Source: Phoronis australis (lineage: Eukaryota > Animalia > Phoronida). Taken from it: a stretch of 64,000 nucleotides of DNA. Under the pieces are notes generated by a model. The model saw only the letters and a list, made by a program, of their open reading frames with translations, did not search any database and was not told the DNA's origin. Location of the stretch: positions 118,116 to 182,115 of the forward strand of contig NMRA01000346.1 of assembly GCA_002633005.1 (NCBI GenBank), read 5' to 3'. Shown here piece after piece: positions 39,503 to 52,721 of the stretch. The position numbers and the translations under genes are program-made. Positions within the stretch are counted from its first letter, which is position 1. Each line of letters begins with the position of its first letter.

Positions 39503-40206
39503 TTTTTATCCCACGCGCGTTGAATCTGTCGAGGGAAATTCGGCCATGAAATAAAGTTTTCCGTATTCACCTCCCGCACTACTTTAACAGCGACCTCTGA
39601 CATGGAAAGTTCAAAAGGTAGGTCAATGTCGATTCGACGTCTTCAGCCGGTTCGATCATCAAACTTTCCGAATATAGTTTAAAGTAACACAGTTGCAGCA
39701 GTGTAACTAACACTCAACATGCAACCAGGCCCTAAACGTAAAATCTAGAACAAAGCTGTTAATTATAAGACAATTATGTCTCAGTTTTCGATTGCTGAAT
39801 AGCATATCGTCTGCAACTCAGGTGCCGATTCATAGGAAATTAAAATATAAAATGTTGTCGTTTTTAACTAGGAGATGTTACAAGTTCACTGCTTGGTTGC
39901 TGTAATCTCTTTTCAAGAACTAAATCGTTACTTTTAAAACTGTTTCTTTTTCAAGAGAAAACTTGCAACCTAACGCGCAAGTACATACACATAGGATGTG
40001 ATCCGCCATGTGAACAGTCTGGATGAAGTATTAAAAAAATCTGCCGAAAAAATGCAAGAAACTTAGGAATTTGAAGCGCATGGGATAAATACAAAACGTA
40101 CCTCGATTGACCTACATGAAGTAATATCCCACGAGACTTTATTCCGCGGAATAAAGTCTCGTGGGATATTACTTCATGTACGCCAATCGAGGTACGTTTT
40201 GCGTAT

Positions 40207-40253
<47 letters not shown>

Positions 40254-40260
40254 TATATAT
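39503..40260. mobile_element. Non-coding insertion within Gypsy pol, with an internal inverted repeat, a 110-bp palindrome and an (ATATAC)n/(AT)n tail
   Basis: Splits the pol motif SGKRM|...|ISDMLSRA. TTTATCCCACGCGC (~39505) is inverted at GCGCATGGGATAAA (40076-40089). Palindrome at 40092-40201; microsatellite at 40204-40263. Confidence 0.8.
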
Positions 40261-40337
40261 ATATCTGATATGCTGTCAAGAGCGACCACTAAAAAACCCA
40301 CTGAGGAGGAAGCATTGTCGCACTAGAGGTTAGTTCT

Positions 40338-41202
40338 GTGACATGGCTTCCAGTATCTCACAATCGACTTACTGAACTGCAAAACAGCACTAAGTCAGAT
40401 TTAACTCTTCTGCAACTCACTATTGTCATCAGCAATGGATGGCCTCATAACAAACACGGTCGTCCACTGTCGCTTCGACTTTTCATCTCCACTCGTGATG
40501 AGTACTCTCTGAGTGATGGATTGAATTTCCGGGGCGAGAGAGTAGTTGCCCCTTCTTGCATGCGGGCTCAAATGAAGAATCTCCTTCATGAGCCACACCT
40601 TGGTGTTGAAAGTACTTTACGTAGATCACGAGAATGCTTATACTGGCCTGGGATGACTGATGAAATAAAACAGCTCGTTCAACAGTATGATGCTTGCAGA
40701 ACTTACGACAGGGCACAGCCAAAGGAATCCCTGCCCTGGGAAAAGGTGAGCATGGATATATTTTCCCTTGATGGTGAGGACTATCACATTCTTGTCGATA
40801 ACTACTCTAACTTCTCGGAAGTGGATCGCCTCCCTTCATTGTCTGTGTCTGCCATCCTTAAGAAGATAAATCCACATTTTACTCGTTATGGAATTCCTTC
40901 CGTGATCCAGGAAGTCAGTACACCAGCATGGAATTCCGATCTTTCATACACAAGCGGAATTTTACCCATCACATGAGTTGGCCAAAACACTCCCAGTCAA
41001 GCGAAAATGTCGAGTCAGCGGTAAAGGCAGCCAAGACTTTATTTCGTGTAAGAGATCTCAGTCGGATCCCTATTTGGCTGTTCTGGAGTCGCGTAATAAC
41101 CCTCAACAAGGTGTGGGTAGTAGCCCAGCTCAACGATTACTCGGTCGTCGCACACGATCTCTGGTGCCTGTCACAGCCAGATTGTTAGCTCCACGTCAGT
41201 GA
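40338..41202 (+). pseudogene. Gypsy integrase fragments (frameshifted)
   Basis: Degenerate HHCC zinc finger and rve-core motifs across ORFs 40338-40976, 40928-41188 and 40978-41202. Confidence 0.88.
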
Positions 41203-43674
41203 CGAGGCCTCACACTCGTGCTACAGCGACAGTTACAAAATGGAAGAGATGGCCCATTTACAAGCTCAATTTTACTATCAACATGCCAAGGACCTACCTT
41301 ACCTTCTGGATGGCGAATTCAACCAAGTCAACTTGGCATCAAGGAGAGGGAGAAAGGATTTGTGACTAAGCGATTTGGTGACAGATCTTATGTAGTACAA
41401 AGTTAACCCCTAGTGGATGCTACACACAATAGAGTGCACCTCTGCAAGTCCTATGGGCCTCCATCCACTGTATCGGGCGATGCTCTGTCTGCCGCACAAA
41501 CCCGCGTTGATGTAATGTCTAGTGATTCTGCAACACATGTTCTTAGCAGACCAGTTCGTGATCGCCGACCACCATCCTACTTAAAGGACTGTGTCGCGGC
41601 TTAGTGAGCTTTAAGTGTGTGGGCTATTAGATCTTAACTATAGACTTCGTATATCTAGTTTCAGTTCTGATTTTTTTATAATTTCGGATTTTTCAATATT
41701 GCTTAGTTCTATTGCTAGTCAATAGATGGGGTTGTTAGAATCGAATTAGCCTGTTTTGTTCGGCAATAAAAGTGTCACGTCGGCGAACACGTTTATGTTT
41801 TATTCGCACTAATTCCAGAAAGTCTTGAAACAAAGACCGATTTTTCTTTTTCAAGGGCTCATTACCTAAAAGAAAATCTGCTCATTGCTGAGCGAGTGAC
41901 ATTCTAATAAACAACACGAACACTGATAGACCGCAGAGAGACCGAAGTCTTACAACTTGTAGTCGAACAGCGGCTAAATAACAATGGGGCATAATCAACG
42001 CAGAGGCCAAAACCAGTAATACTCTAGTCGGACCATTAATCCAATTCAATGTTTGGATATTAAAAAGTTAAATACCGTAGAGCGATGCTTCATCTTCGGT
42101 AATAGTTCGGTTAGTAACCTCCCACGATTGAGTGAAGGGCAGACAAAACCCGTTTATCGCTGTGGGTATTGCCGGGGGCCTTAGAATTAGGACACGGATT
42201 TGCTTTCTCTTGACATGTTGAAAAGTGTTAACCATGTTAAATTGTGTACACATCTTAAGAAGCGAGTATAAATAATATATCCTTGTTCGCACATCTGCGT
42301 TCCTTCCCAGAACAGAACTTCTGACTTAGACCCCCCTACTGCTCTAGCATTAGTCTTAACTTAGACGAGAAGTGAGTTCCGCTATCGCAAAGAACTGAGA
42401 GTTTTTTATTCTTCCAGAATATTCTCGGTACATAAATAACAGGCCAGTTTGTACAGCTTCATCTCAAGCAATGAGGAACTGCAATCGAGTAGTAAGGACA
42501 ATGTTGACGCTGATTTCATAACGGTAAGTCGGATTTAAATCAAAAACTGATTTTTTTGTGATGGAGACGCGCTTAAAGTTGCTTTAAGTCAAAAATGTTT
42601 CAACTGCCCAGCTTCCCTTCCATCCATCAGGTGAGTGGATGAATGATGGTGAACACAGATACACATTCACCCACCTGGCAAAAAGTTGCGTGTTGCACTT
42701 TTTATCAAGTGAAATATTGATAATATATCAAAAGCTAAATGCGATTGAAAAGCTGTAGATAATAAACTCAACCCTCCCGGCAAACCCGTATCTGGGTGAT
42801 GGAAAATCGGTCAGAAATTCGAAACAGATGCACATTTGCCGTGCGACACGATTGTATGAAGCCACGACACCTGTCGACAGTGTTCCAAATTCCAAAAGCT
42901 GTCTTCGGCATCTTATCAGGGGTCGATACCTCCCTATCAAAAACACAAGCTGCGCTACGGATAGCCGACCTAGCTATGCTCTGCATTTATAGCTAGCCAT
43001 GACATCCTTCGAGCACCCGTGGAAAATTCATAAACTTGATCAAGTGGATTATGTTTCCCAAAACGTACAAACAACCTAGCTGATGAGTAAAAGCTCAACT
43101 GCGTATTGTCGAAATGAATTTTTATCTACTTATTCCAGAACGTTGTGCTGTTGCAATGTTCTGATAATGACATTCTGTCGTACATGTAGCACAGAAATCG
43201 GATAGTTGTAATTTGAGTTTGTTGTAACAGGTATTTTAATGGACTGGAAATTGACAGTCCATGACATCGTAAAGTAATAATGCTATAAAATGACACAATA
43301 CATCGAACACGTTATAATGGGTTGTCTAAATGCAAGTCTCCTGAATGACAGATAAGTAAATATGTTCGGCGAGTTTCGAATTTTTTTAACAATGAGGACG
43401 CACGCCAAGTCTGCTTAGCGAACGATAAGGTCTGAACGACGTAGCGCGTATATACGGACCACTCACGAGCCTGTTTTTATTCTCAGCTGAAGAATCCTAT
43501 CAACACTTTATATTGCCGTACGTACTGAAGGAATCGCAGGAAAACTGTTTGCATTTTAGATTAGGACCACACAAGAGTTGATGAACATACGATATTATCA
43601 AATTATGTACAAATCGTGCTCAGACCCTAAGAAATTTTGACGATATTTCACTTACTTTTAACTTTGGAGAAAGG

Positions 43675-44003
43675 ATGATGTTCGTTTCGGTGATTTTTCT
43701 TCTGGCAAGCATGCGTCAGGTACTATCAGAAGAGACTGTTACTCCTGCTTTGTTCAGGACGGAAGATTTACGCTCCATTGAAAACTTGATTCAAAGCGTT
43801 CTGGCCTGTCGCAGAATACCAGGTCTTGCAGTGTCAGTCGTGCAAGAGGGAAAAACCCCTTGGATGAATGGGTTTGGAAAAGCGGACATGGAAACGGGTG
43901 AAGATGTTACCGTAGATACAAAGTTCGCCATAGCCTCGTTGACCAAAGCGTTTACTTCGACTCTGCTAGCGATGTTAATGAAGGAACCATTTGAACAGAA
44001 AAG
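43675..44003 (+). CDS. Beta-lactamase-fold serine hydrolase (gigasin-6/flp-like), exon 1 of 5
   Basis: Signal-peptide-like MMFVSVIFLLASMRQVLS; IPGLAVSVV...GFGKAD...TKFAIASLTKAFTS with catalytic SxxK. Donor AG|GTGAGG, phase 2. Confidence 0.92.
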
Positions 44004-47000
44004 GTGAGGTAATGGTGTTTACGTTAAATGTAACGCAAGACAAGACGTTTAAGCGTTAGAAAGTTTACTTAGACCATAAGACGCGAAAAAGTCGCCAGAA
44101 CTGTCGCAGCGCTCACAGCGGTTTTATGCGCGCGCAAATGAGTGTTTACAATGACTAATGTTGTCCAGAGAACATGCAATGCCGTTGACAATAACATTTT
44201 TCAAAACGACCCTCTACTCCAATAAAACGGGCTGCAGACTTACGCAGTTTTCATTGCCGATGAGTTCTTGACCGTCGTTTGAGGTGAACCAAAAGGTATG
44301 ACCTTAGACCAAATTATTTTCCGTTTTGGAAGGCCAGTTTGCAATAGCGAAATCAAAGCGGGTGAAACTGTTCTGTTGTACTCCCGAAAACTTCGGCCAA
44401 TAAATTGACATCTTTAAGAATTTCACTTTTACCACGAGCGATTGGACATAGTAATATTACTTTAGGCTTTATAACACCTAAAATAAGGGTAAAAAATTTC
44501 TCATGTATGTGTGTTCAACTATGGGCCGAACATGCCCCTACTAAAGATGCCGAACAAGCCCCTGCCAGAGTTGCAAGAAATATCGTTCGGCATCCCCCAT
44601 AGGATTCAAATATATACATGAATGCAGCACGTTGCTCATCCTAAATACACGCGGATTTTTTTTGTGAAATCTAAGTCATTTTACGAGAAATAAAAACTGT
44701 AATAGATGCGTCAAATTTTTTACCAAGTGAAGAAATTGAACTTGTGCTTCCTAATCTGACGTGTTCTTTCGGTTCGCTTTTTTAAAGCCACAGCTACGAC
44801 AACCATTTCTTGACGTTTGACAAGTGGCACCTATGCTATATCATGTTTTTGCGCAAGGTGTGCCCACTTTCTGAATATACTCTGAGATCGAACTAGCTCG
44901 GTTCCTCCTAACATAGATTTTGACATTTCGTCTTGGAATTTATGTCAAACGAAGTTTGGTTATGTTATTGGTATCATTGTTGTGCTATGTACCTTTGACT
45001 AAATCTTACTAAAAAAGCACGTGACCCAGTTAATGATCGGTTGGTATCATATCAAAATCAAATTCTACAGGCCTTTTACTTTCAGAAAATACATATTTTT
45101 ATTAAGTTAGTTTCGCAAAGATTTGGGTAAATGCACAAATCTGTCGGCATGGCCCTTCACGCGGTCGATATCCAAATCGCGTACAGAATGCACACAAGAG
45201 TTTTTACGAAGATATACGAAGTGAGAGTCGGTACTGTGAAACGTCAACGCGAGAATCTGCATTGCATTCGTTCAAACGTGTGCATCGCTCTCGCTTATAC
45301 GAGTGCGATGCAACCGTTACGTACAATCCACTCGTGAATCCGGAAGTGGATTATAGAAATCGCCCAGATTGTAGTACATTTGCGGATTTCTTAGCAACTC
45401 CACATGGTTTCGACAAAGTGGGATAAAATTGGCAGCGACCAGGGTATGGTTTATGTTGGTAGCGACCCTGGCTGACGACTGAAATTGTTGGCGACAGGGC
45501 AGTGCGCACAACTTATTTTCGCCCCCCACCCCAGAAAACCTTCCCACTCTGATGTTGTACATATTCTCGAGCCATTCAAAAGTAGTACCAACTCTTGTCC
45601 AAGGGTAATTCAGAAGAAATGATGTCATGCGTGACCACTGAGTTACACGGAATCTGCCAAACCCGGGTCTCTACCTAACTGTATTTCCATGACATTTTCC
45701 GTAATCGACGCATTTCGACAGTACAATGTACTTTCTCATTTGAAAGTTTCCAGGGTGATTTTTCGATCTAATTTTTGATTTCTTAAGCGCACAGTGATCT
45801 TCTATAGTCGAATACGGTTGATCCAAATTACTTCGCCGACCCTTTAGATCGCGCGGAATGCGCTTTGCTGTTTATCGTGAATTATCAAATGAGTGATTAA
45901 ATCCTTTTATTTTCTTGTTTGCGGATACACCAACACCACATCAAGGCCGTAAATCATTATCACACACTTTATTAAAATATCTACTTGGAAGCTATGTTTC
46001 AAATTATTTTATCAAACTGTTCGTCAAAGACTGCCTACGCCAAACAGTCCACTCACGTAGCTTGCCACGCCCAATTCTCCGATGGACTGTTATGTCATAT
46101 TATGATTGTAGTACAGATAATTTTCGTGGACACTTAACTAAAAACTATGGGGATTACTTTAAAAAACATGTAAAACATGGAATACTGAATAATCATAAAC
46201 ACGCGCATCTAATGATGCAGACTATACATATAAAAAACCCTATTAACAATAAGAAGTCCACGAAAATAATAAACTAATGTAGATTATAATGCAACTGCCT
46301 ATTCAGGCAGAGTAGTTAAAATAGTCTACGGTTGCTTTCCAAATAAAATGGACAACGTCGAACATTGACAGAGTTTTAACGCACGAATTTGCGACTAAAC
46401 ATCGATTTCAACATTAAAAAAGTCAGATTTTATTCCGCTTAAACGGTCAGAATGTGCAACGTTTTTGCGGTTTATCAGAATTCTGTTTCTTTATTGTCCA
46501 CGTTGTCAGGCAAAACAACGAAAGGAATGTCATGGTATCGCATTGGAATTTCGAATCAGACTGGGCGCCACAAAACAGCTGCACCTTTGAAACCGAATTG
46601 TTCCCAGTACGCAAAACGTGCATTCATTAATATTGCCTGTGGTTCACGTAATCTAATATGTCCAAGAAAAACTTAGTTTCTTTAATGTGTTGCAGGACAC
46701 AGCCTCAGGTACAACTAACTGTCTTTTTTCAGTAGTGATCATTCGCGGTGTATTAGGAAACATTGGTCTTATGTCTTAACCCAAACACGGCTCACGCTGA
46801 GAGGACCGCGCTGGATTTCTACCTTCTCAATCAGACACGGATACCCGCACATTCCTGCATCAAACCAACATTGTTTGTGTCTTCACGTTGTTAAATTTCA
46901 GTAGTAAAAAGAATCGGTCTAAACGAACACGTGACCAATAGAAGTAATGTGATTTCTCAAAGGTGTTTTGCTCTTTTGTTTTGCGTATAGGTACAATGAG

Positions 47001-48364
47001 TTTGCACGTACAGCCAAGAGTTCCTTGTTCATGACCATGTGTTGGACGTTTTTGCTACATGTTATTCTACTATTCTTAATGCTATAGTGAGTGGCTCTTT
47101 CGTTTCCCTTCCAACAATGTTCCGGTCAAAAAAACAAATATCATACATCTGATTTTCAGCGATTTGCAATGAAATCAGCTCCTGCATGTATTGCATGCAA
47201 CAGTCATCCTAAAATGCGTTTTACGTCCGCAAACTTGATAAAGTCCTATTCTCTAGTGCTCAATATACCAAGCACCACGATGCAGTAATTTTGCACTGAA
47301 TTGCGATTAACGTACTCAACACTTTGCCAGCAACATGCGGTGTCTTGTCTTCTTTTCAGACCGATCTTCCAAGTCGCTTTCTAAAATTAACTCACAGAAC
47401 GTTAATTTTACAACATATTCATTATGCCATCTGCGTCTCGGCGCTTAACAAGTGTCGCAAAATAAACGGAACACAGAAAAGCGCACTCCGACAACTCAAT
47501 ATGCCACAGCAAAGTTAATGCTCGCACTAAGCACATATGCAAGGCATTTCAACCTTTTGTTGCCGGAGAAAATACAACACTCTGTCTGATTAATATTGTA
47601 CACAAAATTACCAGCGAGATCTCGCCACTTTACTTCAACCATAACTTCCAATGTTTTTAACATTTAATTGACTTTAGTTACCACATTTGGGACCCAAAAG
47701 TAATACGGCTATGACAAAAAACAGTCCAAGAATTTTTATTCCAAAATTAGTCAACAGCAACAAATAAATGCCCTTAATTCGTTCTAGAAAAAGCAAAATC
47801 AAGAGTATTTCAGGGAGTCTCTGACTACATAAAAAGTTCACGATATTATGTTACTGTATAACATTTTATGCACAACACCAAATTGCTGTAGCTCTCCTAA
47901 AAACAATCATTTCCTGATCACTTAATGTCTTTGTCATTTCACAAGGACTTCAACAAAACCCGATTCCTAACAGATGAATGAATTGTTTTCAATTCCGCTT
48001 AAATGGTTTCAATTCATTCTTGGTAGTCAGTTTGTGCACTTTGACTCTACGATGCTCTAATCACTATATTTTTGTAATAAGGCCTATCTGTTTTTTGTTA
48101 TTCTTTGTTTCTATTGTTGAGTTTTAGTAGTAATGTTTTATGTAACTTGTCTCAAGAATGGTTTTCATAAACGCAATAGGATTCTACAATGCCTACTTCT
48201 CTGCATTTTTGCAGCATTAGTTTTTTGTTTTATTTTTCTTCTCTTTCTAGTTTTAGAAATACTGCTCAAAGGTAGATTTCACACGACTTATTCATATACA
48301 CTGAGGAGATCAGGGATGGGATGTCCACTACTGAGTCTGATAGGATATTTCTGGGTGTAACCGT

Positions 48365-48438
48365 GGTCCCTATAGTTCAGTGGTTAGAGTGTCTGCACGG
48401 TTAGCAGAAGGTCCTGGCTTCGAGTCCCTGTTGGGGGC
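48365..48438 (+). ncRNA. tRNA-like sequence (pseudo-tRNA or SINE head) in intron 1
   Basis: A-box TAGTTCAGTGG, anticodon-like stem TCTGC-ACGGTTA-GCAGA, T-loop TTCGAGT. The anticodon loop lacks U33 and purine 37, so it is probably not a functional tRNA. Confidence 0.55.
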
Positions 48439-48909
48439 AGAAATCGTGTCAGATTTATTAGGTCAATTGATGTGGCCAACGGATGGCGTGCTGACCAGAC
48501 TTAAAATGTTTGCAACATGTGCTCTACTTGTTCTGTGAATGATCAAAGCCTCAGTGAATACACTTTTTAACCTTATATGCGAAGGCAACCCTTTTCATGT
48601 CATTTTTAGCAAAAATAAGGTTTTCTGATTATCCCAGACATATTTTTCACTTAATTGCAGCTTTTCGTAATTCAATTAATTACTCGTCCTCTACTGCGGA
48701 AGTGACGTTTTGGGAGGCAAGAATTTCACGCCAATTTGGTTCTGCGTTGAGTTTACTGTGAGGATCTGTACTACTTTTGTTTTCGTGTTATTTTACTAAA
48801 ATTGTCGTCACCACTTTCCATTTTTGACGAATATTTTACGACAAACTAGGTTGTTAGAAAACTCAATTACGTTGGATTTAGGAATTGTTTAGTTTGTAGT
48901 AACCTGAAA

Positions 48910-49200
48910 ATGGCTGGAGTCGGTGACCCATATCACGTGAGTGACGGAGTCCGAGACATTGTTCATAGCAGTGGTTACGAGGAATTTTTTCACAGACTGT
49001 CAGTGGGTGGGTATATGTTTGAACCCGAGTATGATGAGGCAGAGTACGCACAGGCACAGGGAGCTGTTAAGAGGAATGAGGCAGAGACTGAGGACAGACA
49101 CGGCGAGTCACCGCTAGTTTCTGAAATTGCACGCTCTGGGGTACGTTCGGAGGCACTGGTGACAGTAGACGAAATTCCTACAGTCACTGTGGTGGCCACA
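48910..49200 (+). pseudogene. KolX-like protein N-terminus (truncated)
   Basis: ATG in a good context (AAAATGG) inside the left TIR. GGYMFEPEYDEAE resembles the PY(M/Q)FEP motif at the N-terminus of Kolobok accessory (P2X7-C-terminal-like) proteins. Confidence 0.55.
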
Positions 49201-49202
49201 GG

Positions 49203-49550
49203 TCACGAGGCTTCTCGCTTCAAAAACGCACTTCTCAGGGGTGGCGACGGGGCACTGCAGGGAATCGACAGCCACGTTATGGCATTCGTCTTCAGGCGTT
49301 GTTTCGCAGGGACCTTCATCAATTCAGCGTACATATCTCTCTCGTAATGTGACGGCAGAAAATGCTTGCCACACACTCGGTAATCCTCTACTGCTTTGTA
49401 CGTTGCCTGAACGGGTAACGCTGAGTTCTTCACACGAACGAGACAAGTACGGCAAAGTGTGTCATCCTTAGGAAAGCGATGCTAAGGTACTTCCAAGGCG
49501 CGCGTGAGACGATAATGAGTTCATCCCGATATGCAGCAGCAGTGTGGCAT
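49203..49550 (-). pseudogene. THAP zinc-finger domain of a Kolobok-like transposase (2 in-frame stops)
   Basis: MPHCCCISG*THYRLTRALEVP*HRFPKDDTLCRTCLVRVKN...YRVCGKHFLPSHY...RLKTNAIT matches the THAP C2CH signature, including FP, W-equivalent, CxxHF and the AVP-box region. Confidence 0.85.
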
Positions 49551-52500
49551 GTTGGCTGACTCGTAAACAAAAGCAAACGACAATCGAACTTATCACAACC
49601 GAGGTAGAATAATGGCTGACTCGACAGCTCTCACTGACTATATAATAAGAAATTAGCGCGAAATTCTTGCTTCCCAAAACGTCACTTCCAGAGTAGAGGA
49701 CGAGTTATTAATTAAATTACGAAAAATTGTAATTAAATGAAAAAATATGTTTGGGATAATCAACGAACCTTACTTTTGCTAAAAATGACATGAGAAAAAG
49801 TTGCCTTCGCCTTTAACGCAATGGCTGGGCAAGAATAATCTAGAAATGTTGCAAACTGGTTTCGCTGAGATAATATCCTGGTATTTGTTGGGAATTCGAA
49901 TTTTCACATTTTAATACATGTAGTTGGTAATCGACATTTGACAAAGGTTCATTCAACCATGTGTCCACGCAGCTCATTTTTAAATATCACCTGACACTGT
50001 ATTTAATATCAAACGAAGCTAGTAAACAACAAGCCTGTGGTATCGCTGTGCCTTTAGGCCCATGGTCCTATATCTGATATACCTGTAGTGACTATCAATA
50101 GGACTTCACAGTGCAGGCAGGTACATGTACTTCGAGTGCACGGTTCGGACTGCCCGGATAAAGAGTATTCAGTGCTAGACTACAGCAGTGCATGCTAGTT
50201 AATTTTCACTAAACAAAGCAACATTCCGTAATATTTTACGCGTGCGTTTGGGCGAAACCGAATGACACTGTTCACAGTCTGCAACAGATGTAAAACATTG
50301 CACATTTGATGTCGCTAAAAGGATTTCTGAGTTTTGGTTATAAAGACGTTTATAGTTTGGATTTCGAGTGGGTCGGAGTTGTGACGAAGGCTTTGTTCGC
50401 GTTGGTTTTCGTGTTTGAAGTTTTGCTAACGAAGTTTTAATGGTGTCACACGTGATGAACAACGTTTTGAACTAATTTCTGTTCCAGTGACTGCCCCACA
50501 ATAGTGAATAAGGTGAGAGATATTTGCTTCAACATCGTTGTGTCAGGACGTGATCGTTTGCTATAAAGCCTTTTGAAACCATGTTCGGGACTTAAAATCG
50601 ACGTTCTTCAAAGGCCCAATGATGTTTGAACAGTTAATATCAATGTTCTTCGAAGGCGCATATTCCAGCACTTAGTATCGATGTTCTTCAAAGGTGCATT
50701 TTGTATTCCGAAGCAACGTCACCGTGTTTTCATCCTTTGCTTGAATTGAAAGTAGTCGCGATAAAACACCCGGCGTGCGTTCAGTACTGATCACTAGGAG
50801 CTACGCTAGGACCTAGCTAAAATGTAGTCAAAATCACGTGTTGTCATTTAAAATACATGGAAATATCTCACGTTATCTCGCAAAGTCTTGATTTTTAGCG
50901 AGGTCCTAACGTTACTGAACGGGAGGCTGCATTTGCCTTGACAGACGTAGTATTTCAGCAGCTCAAACCAACCCGACGTGGCAATCGATCTTCTTAACAA
51001 TTGTCCGAAGAAAAAACGAACAGTGACGTTTTCAATCTCAGTAACGAGCAACACAAGACCGACTTTATAACGTTAAACTGCTTTTTGAGAAAGAAGGCAC
51101 AGGCTTATCGCCTTATGCGTGTCAGTCAGTGACAGGTCGGTTTTGAGAGCTTTTGGATGACTTTCAAGGGTCAGGCAAAATGGGCGGAAAAGCACTGAGG
51201 GACCGTGTTTGTAAGAGACAGTAACTCTTTACAGTCAACTATAAACGGGTGCACGCCTTTGCTATTATACTCACGTGGTTCTCAATTTTTATCTCGTTTA
51301 AGTCATAGGTTATGCAATTGGAAACAAAACGAGTTTTAAAACTCTCAAATCGGTAATTAAAGGTTCTTTATTACCCGGTAAGTCAGAGTGTATTACGCCG
51401 TTACCTTGGTCTGTAATCCGATAGTAAGAAGTTTCAAACATCCCTCTTGTAAATATTAACAGTCCTTGGTTGACCTGTGTATCACTACGTAATCTGGTTG
51501 TGTTTATTTACAGTTAATCAATGCTCGAAATAGCCAATCTATTGACGTCTTTTGCTGGATTTTTTGACACTTTGAAGTGATTGTGGATAGTTTTCTGACG
51601 GTGTCGGTGAAACGAGGCCCCTTTATCTGAGTTTTGCTGGGCGCAACCTTGTACTGAGCCGAGTGGTTGTTGAAAACAGGATAAGAAATGAGATAATTAA
51701 ACGAACTGTAGTGCTACTAGAAATATATAGTCATGGTCACATTATTTAAAAAATTGACGTTCAGAGCTTATCTCTGTATCAGGGGATGAGTGAAATCGAA
51801 AATCAGGGCAGTAACTACCAACAGCCTTGATGTTAGTGTCGGCGTTCTGAGCTGACACCGTAATGCATGTCTTCAGGATCAGTAGACGTATCTAAAAATA
51901 AAAAAATACAGTGGTGAGCAAAATAGTTAAAAGTTGGGCAGGATCTCAGAAAATCGTGCCCCGATTTGGCTAACTTGGGAACACGATATCTCAATATGAC
52001 TGATCGGGACTTTCACCTGCTGCTTTATCCATTGTTCTCGAAAAGGGTGTTGGGGGTTGTTGCAAAAAGGTTCTGCTTTTACATGAGGGGCAATAAAAAT
52101 AGAAATTCCTTAAAAATCAAAGGCACCGTCAAGTAAAAACAAAAGTATAATTTAGAAAAATGTTCACACATTCTTGAACGTTAATATCAAACGAAATTTG
52201 ACATCATTGTTTTGCTATGAATGCATATTTATTCAAGATATGGTCACTTGACCCAAATTGGTAAAAAGTAAAACGTCCAGTTCTACAGACTTTCTACTGT
52301 CAGAAAAAGTATAACGTTTTTGAGATAAAATCTATAGTTTTGTTCATTTTTGTTTCAATACACAGGCTTGTCGATTAAGTCCTGCAAAAGTTGGCCTTAA
52401 AGCTCCAAGCCACAAACTATTGGAAGATATGTCCCCGATTAAAAAACACCATGGAAGAGAACAACGTTGACAAAGTTATGCGGACATAGTAATATTTAAC

Positions 52501-52553
52501 CCAACAGTAAGGAACTTGGTTCTTGGTTTCTTATATACTTTTCTATTTTACAG

Positions 52554-52721
52554 TGTGACTTGGGACACGCCCGTTACGAAAATACTGAAGGATTTCAAAT
52601 TCCCACATCAATACATGAATGATCACGCGACCTTGACAGACTTGGTATCTCACCGCTTGGGACTTCTGCCAGAAGATGTCACCTGGGTGGCAGATGTCTT
52701 CACTCGAGATGAACTGATGAG
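52554..52721 (+). CDS. Beta-lactamase-fold serine hydrolase, exon 2
   Basis: Acceptor TTTTACAG|T, donor AG|GTTAGT. VTWDTPVTKIL...ATLTDLVSHRLGL matches the LLxHxxG motif. Confidence 0.92.

Larger units (their letters stand above)
39215..41955 (+). mobile_element. Decayed Ty3/Gypsy LTR retrotransposon (RNase H, integrase, probable 3' LTR)
   Basis: RNase H: [36 protein letters not shown]...SDHQPL. Integrase zinc finger: LHEPHLGVESTLRRSRECLYWPGM. Core: PWEKVSMDIF...LVDNYSNF, VESAVK, SPAQRLLGRRTRS. Ends RPVRDRRPPSYLKD. A purine tract precedes TGTTAGAA at ~41733. Multiple stops and frameshifts. Confidence 0.9.
48577..49812 (-). mobile_element. Internally deleted Kolobok-like DNA transposon (THAP domain on minus, KolX-like N-terminus on plus)
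   Basis: ~145-bp TIRs (A.GCGAAGGCAAC...GGAAGTGACGTTTTGGGA). Right end GCCTTCGCCT|TTAA; left flank TTAT (degenerate TSD). Carries THAP and YMFEP-containing reading frames in convergent orientation. Confidence 0.85.

Noticed and set aside
50597-50698. Three 22-bp repeats (ATCGAYGTTCTTCRAAGGYGCA-like) with 16-20-nt unique spacers
   Set aside because: Only three imperfect copies with short spacers inside an intron. Most likely internal repeats of a decayed transposon, not CRISPR.
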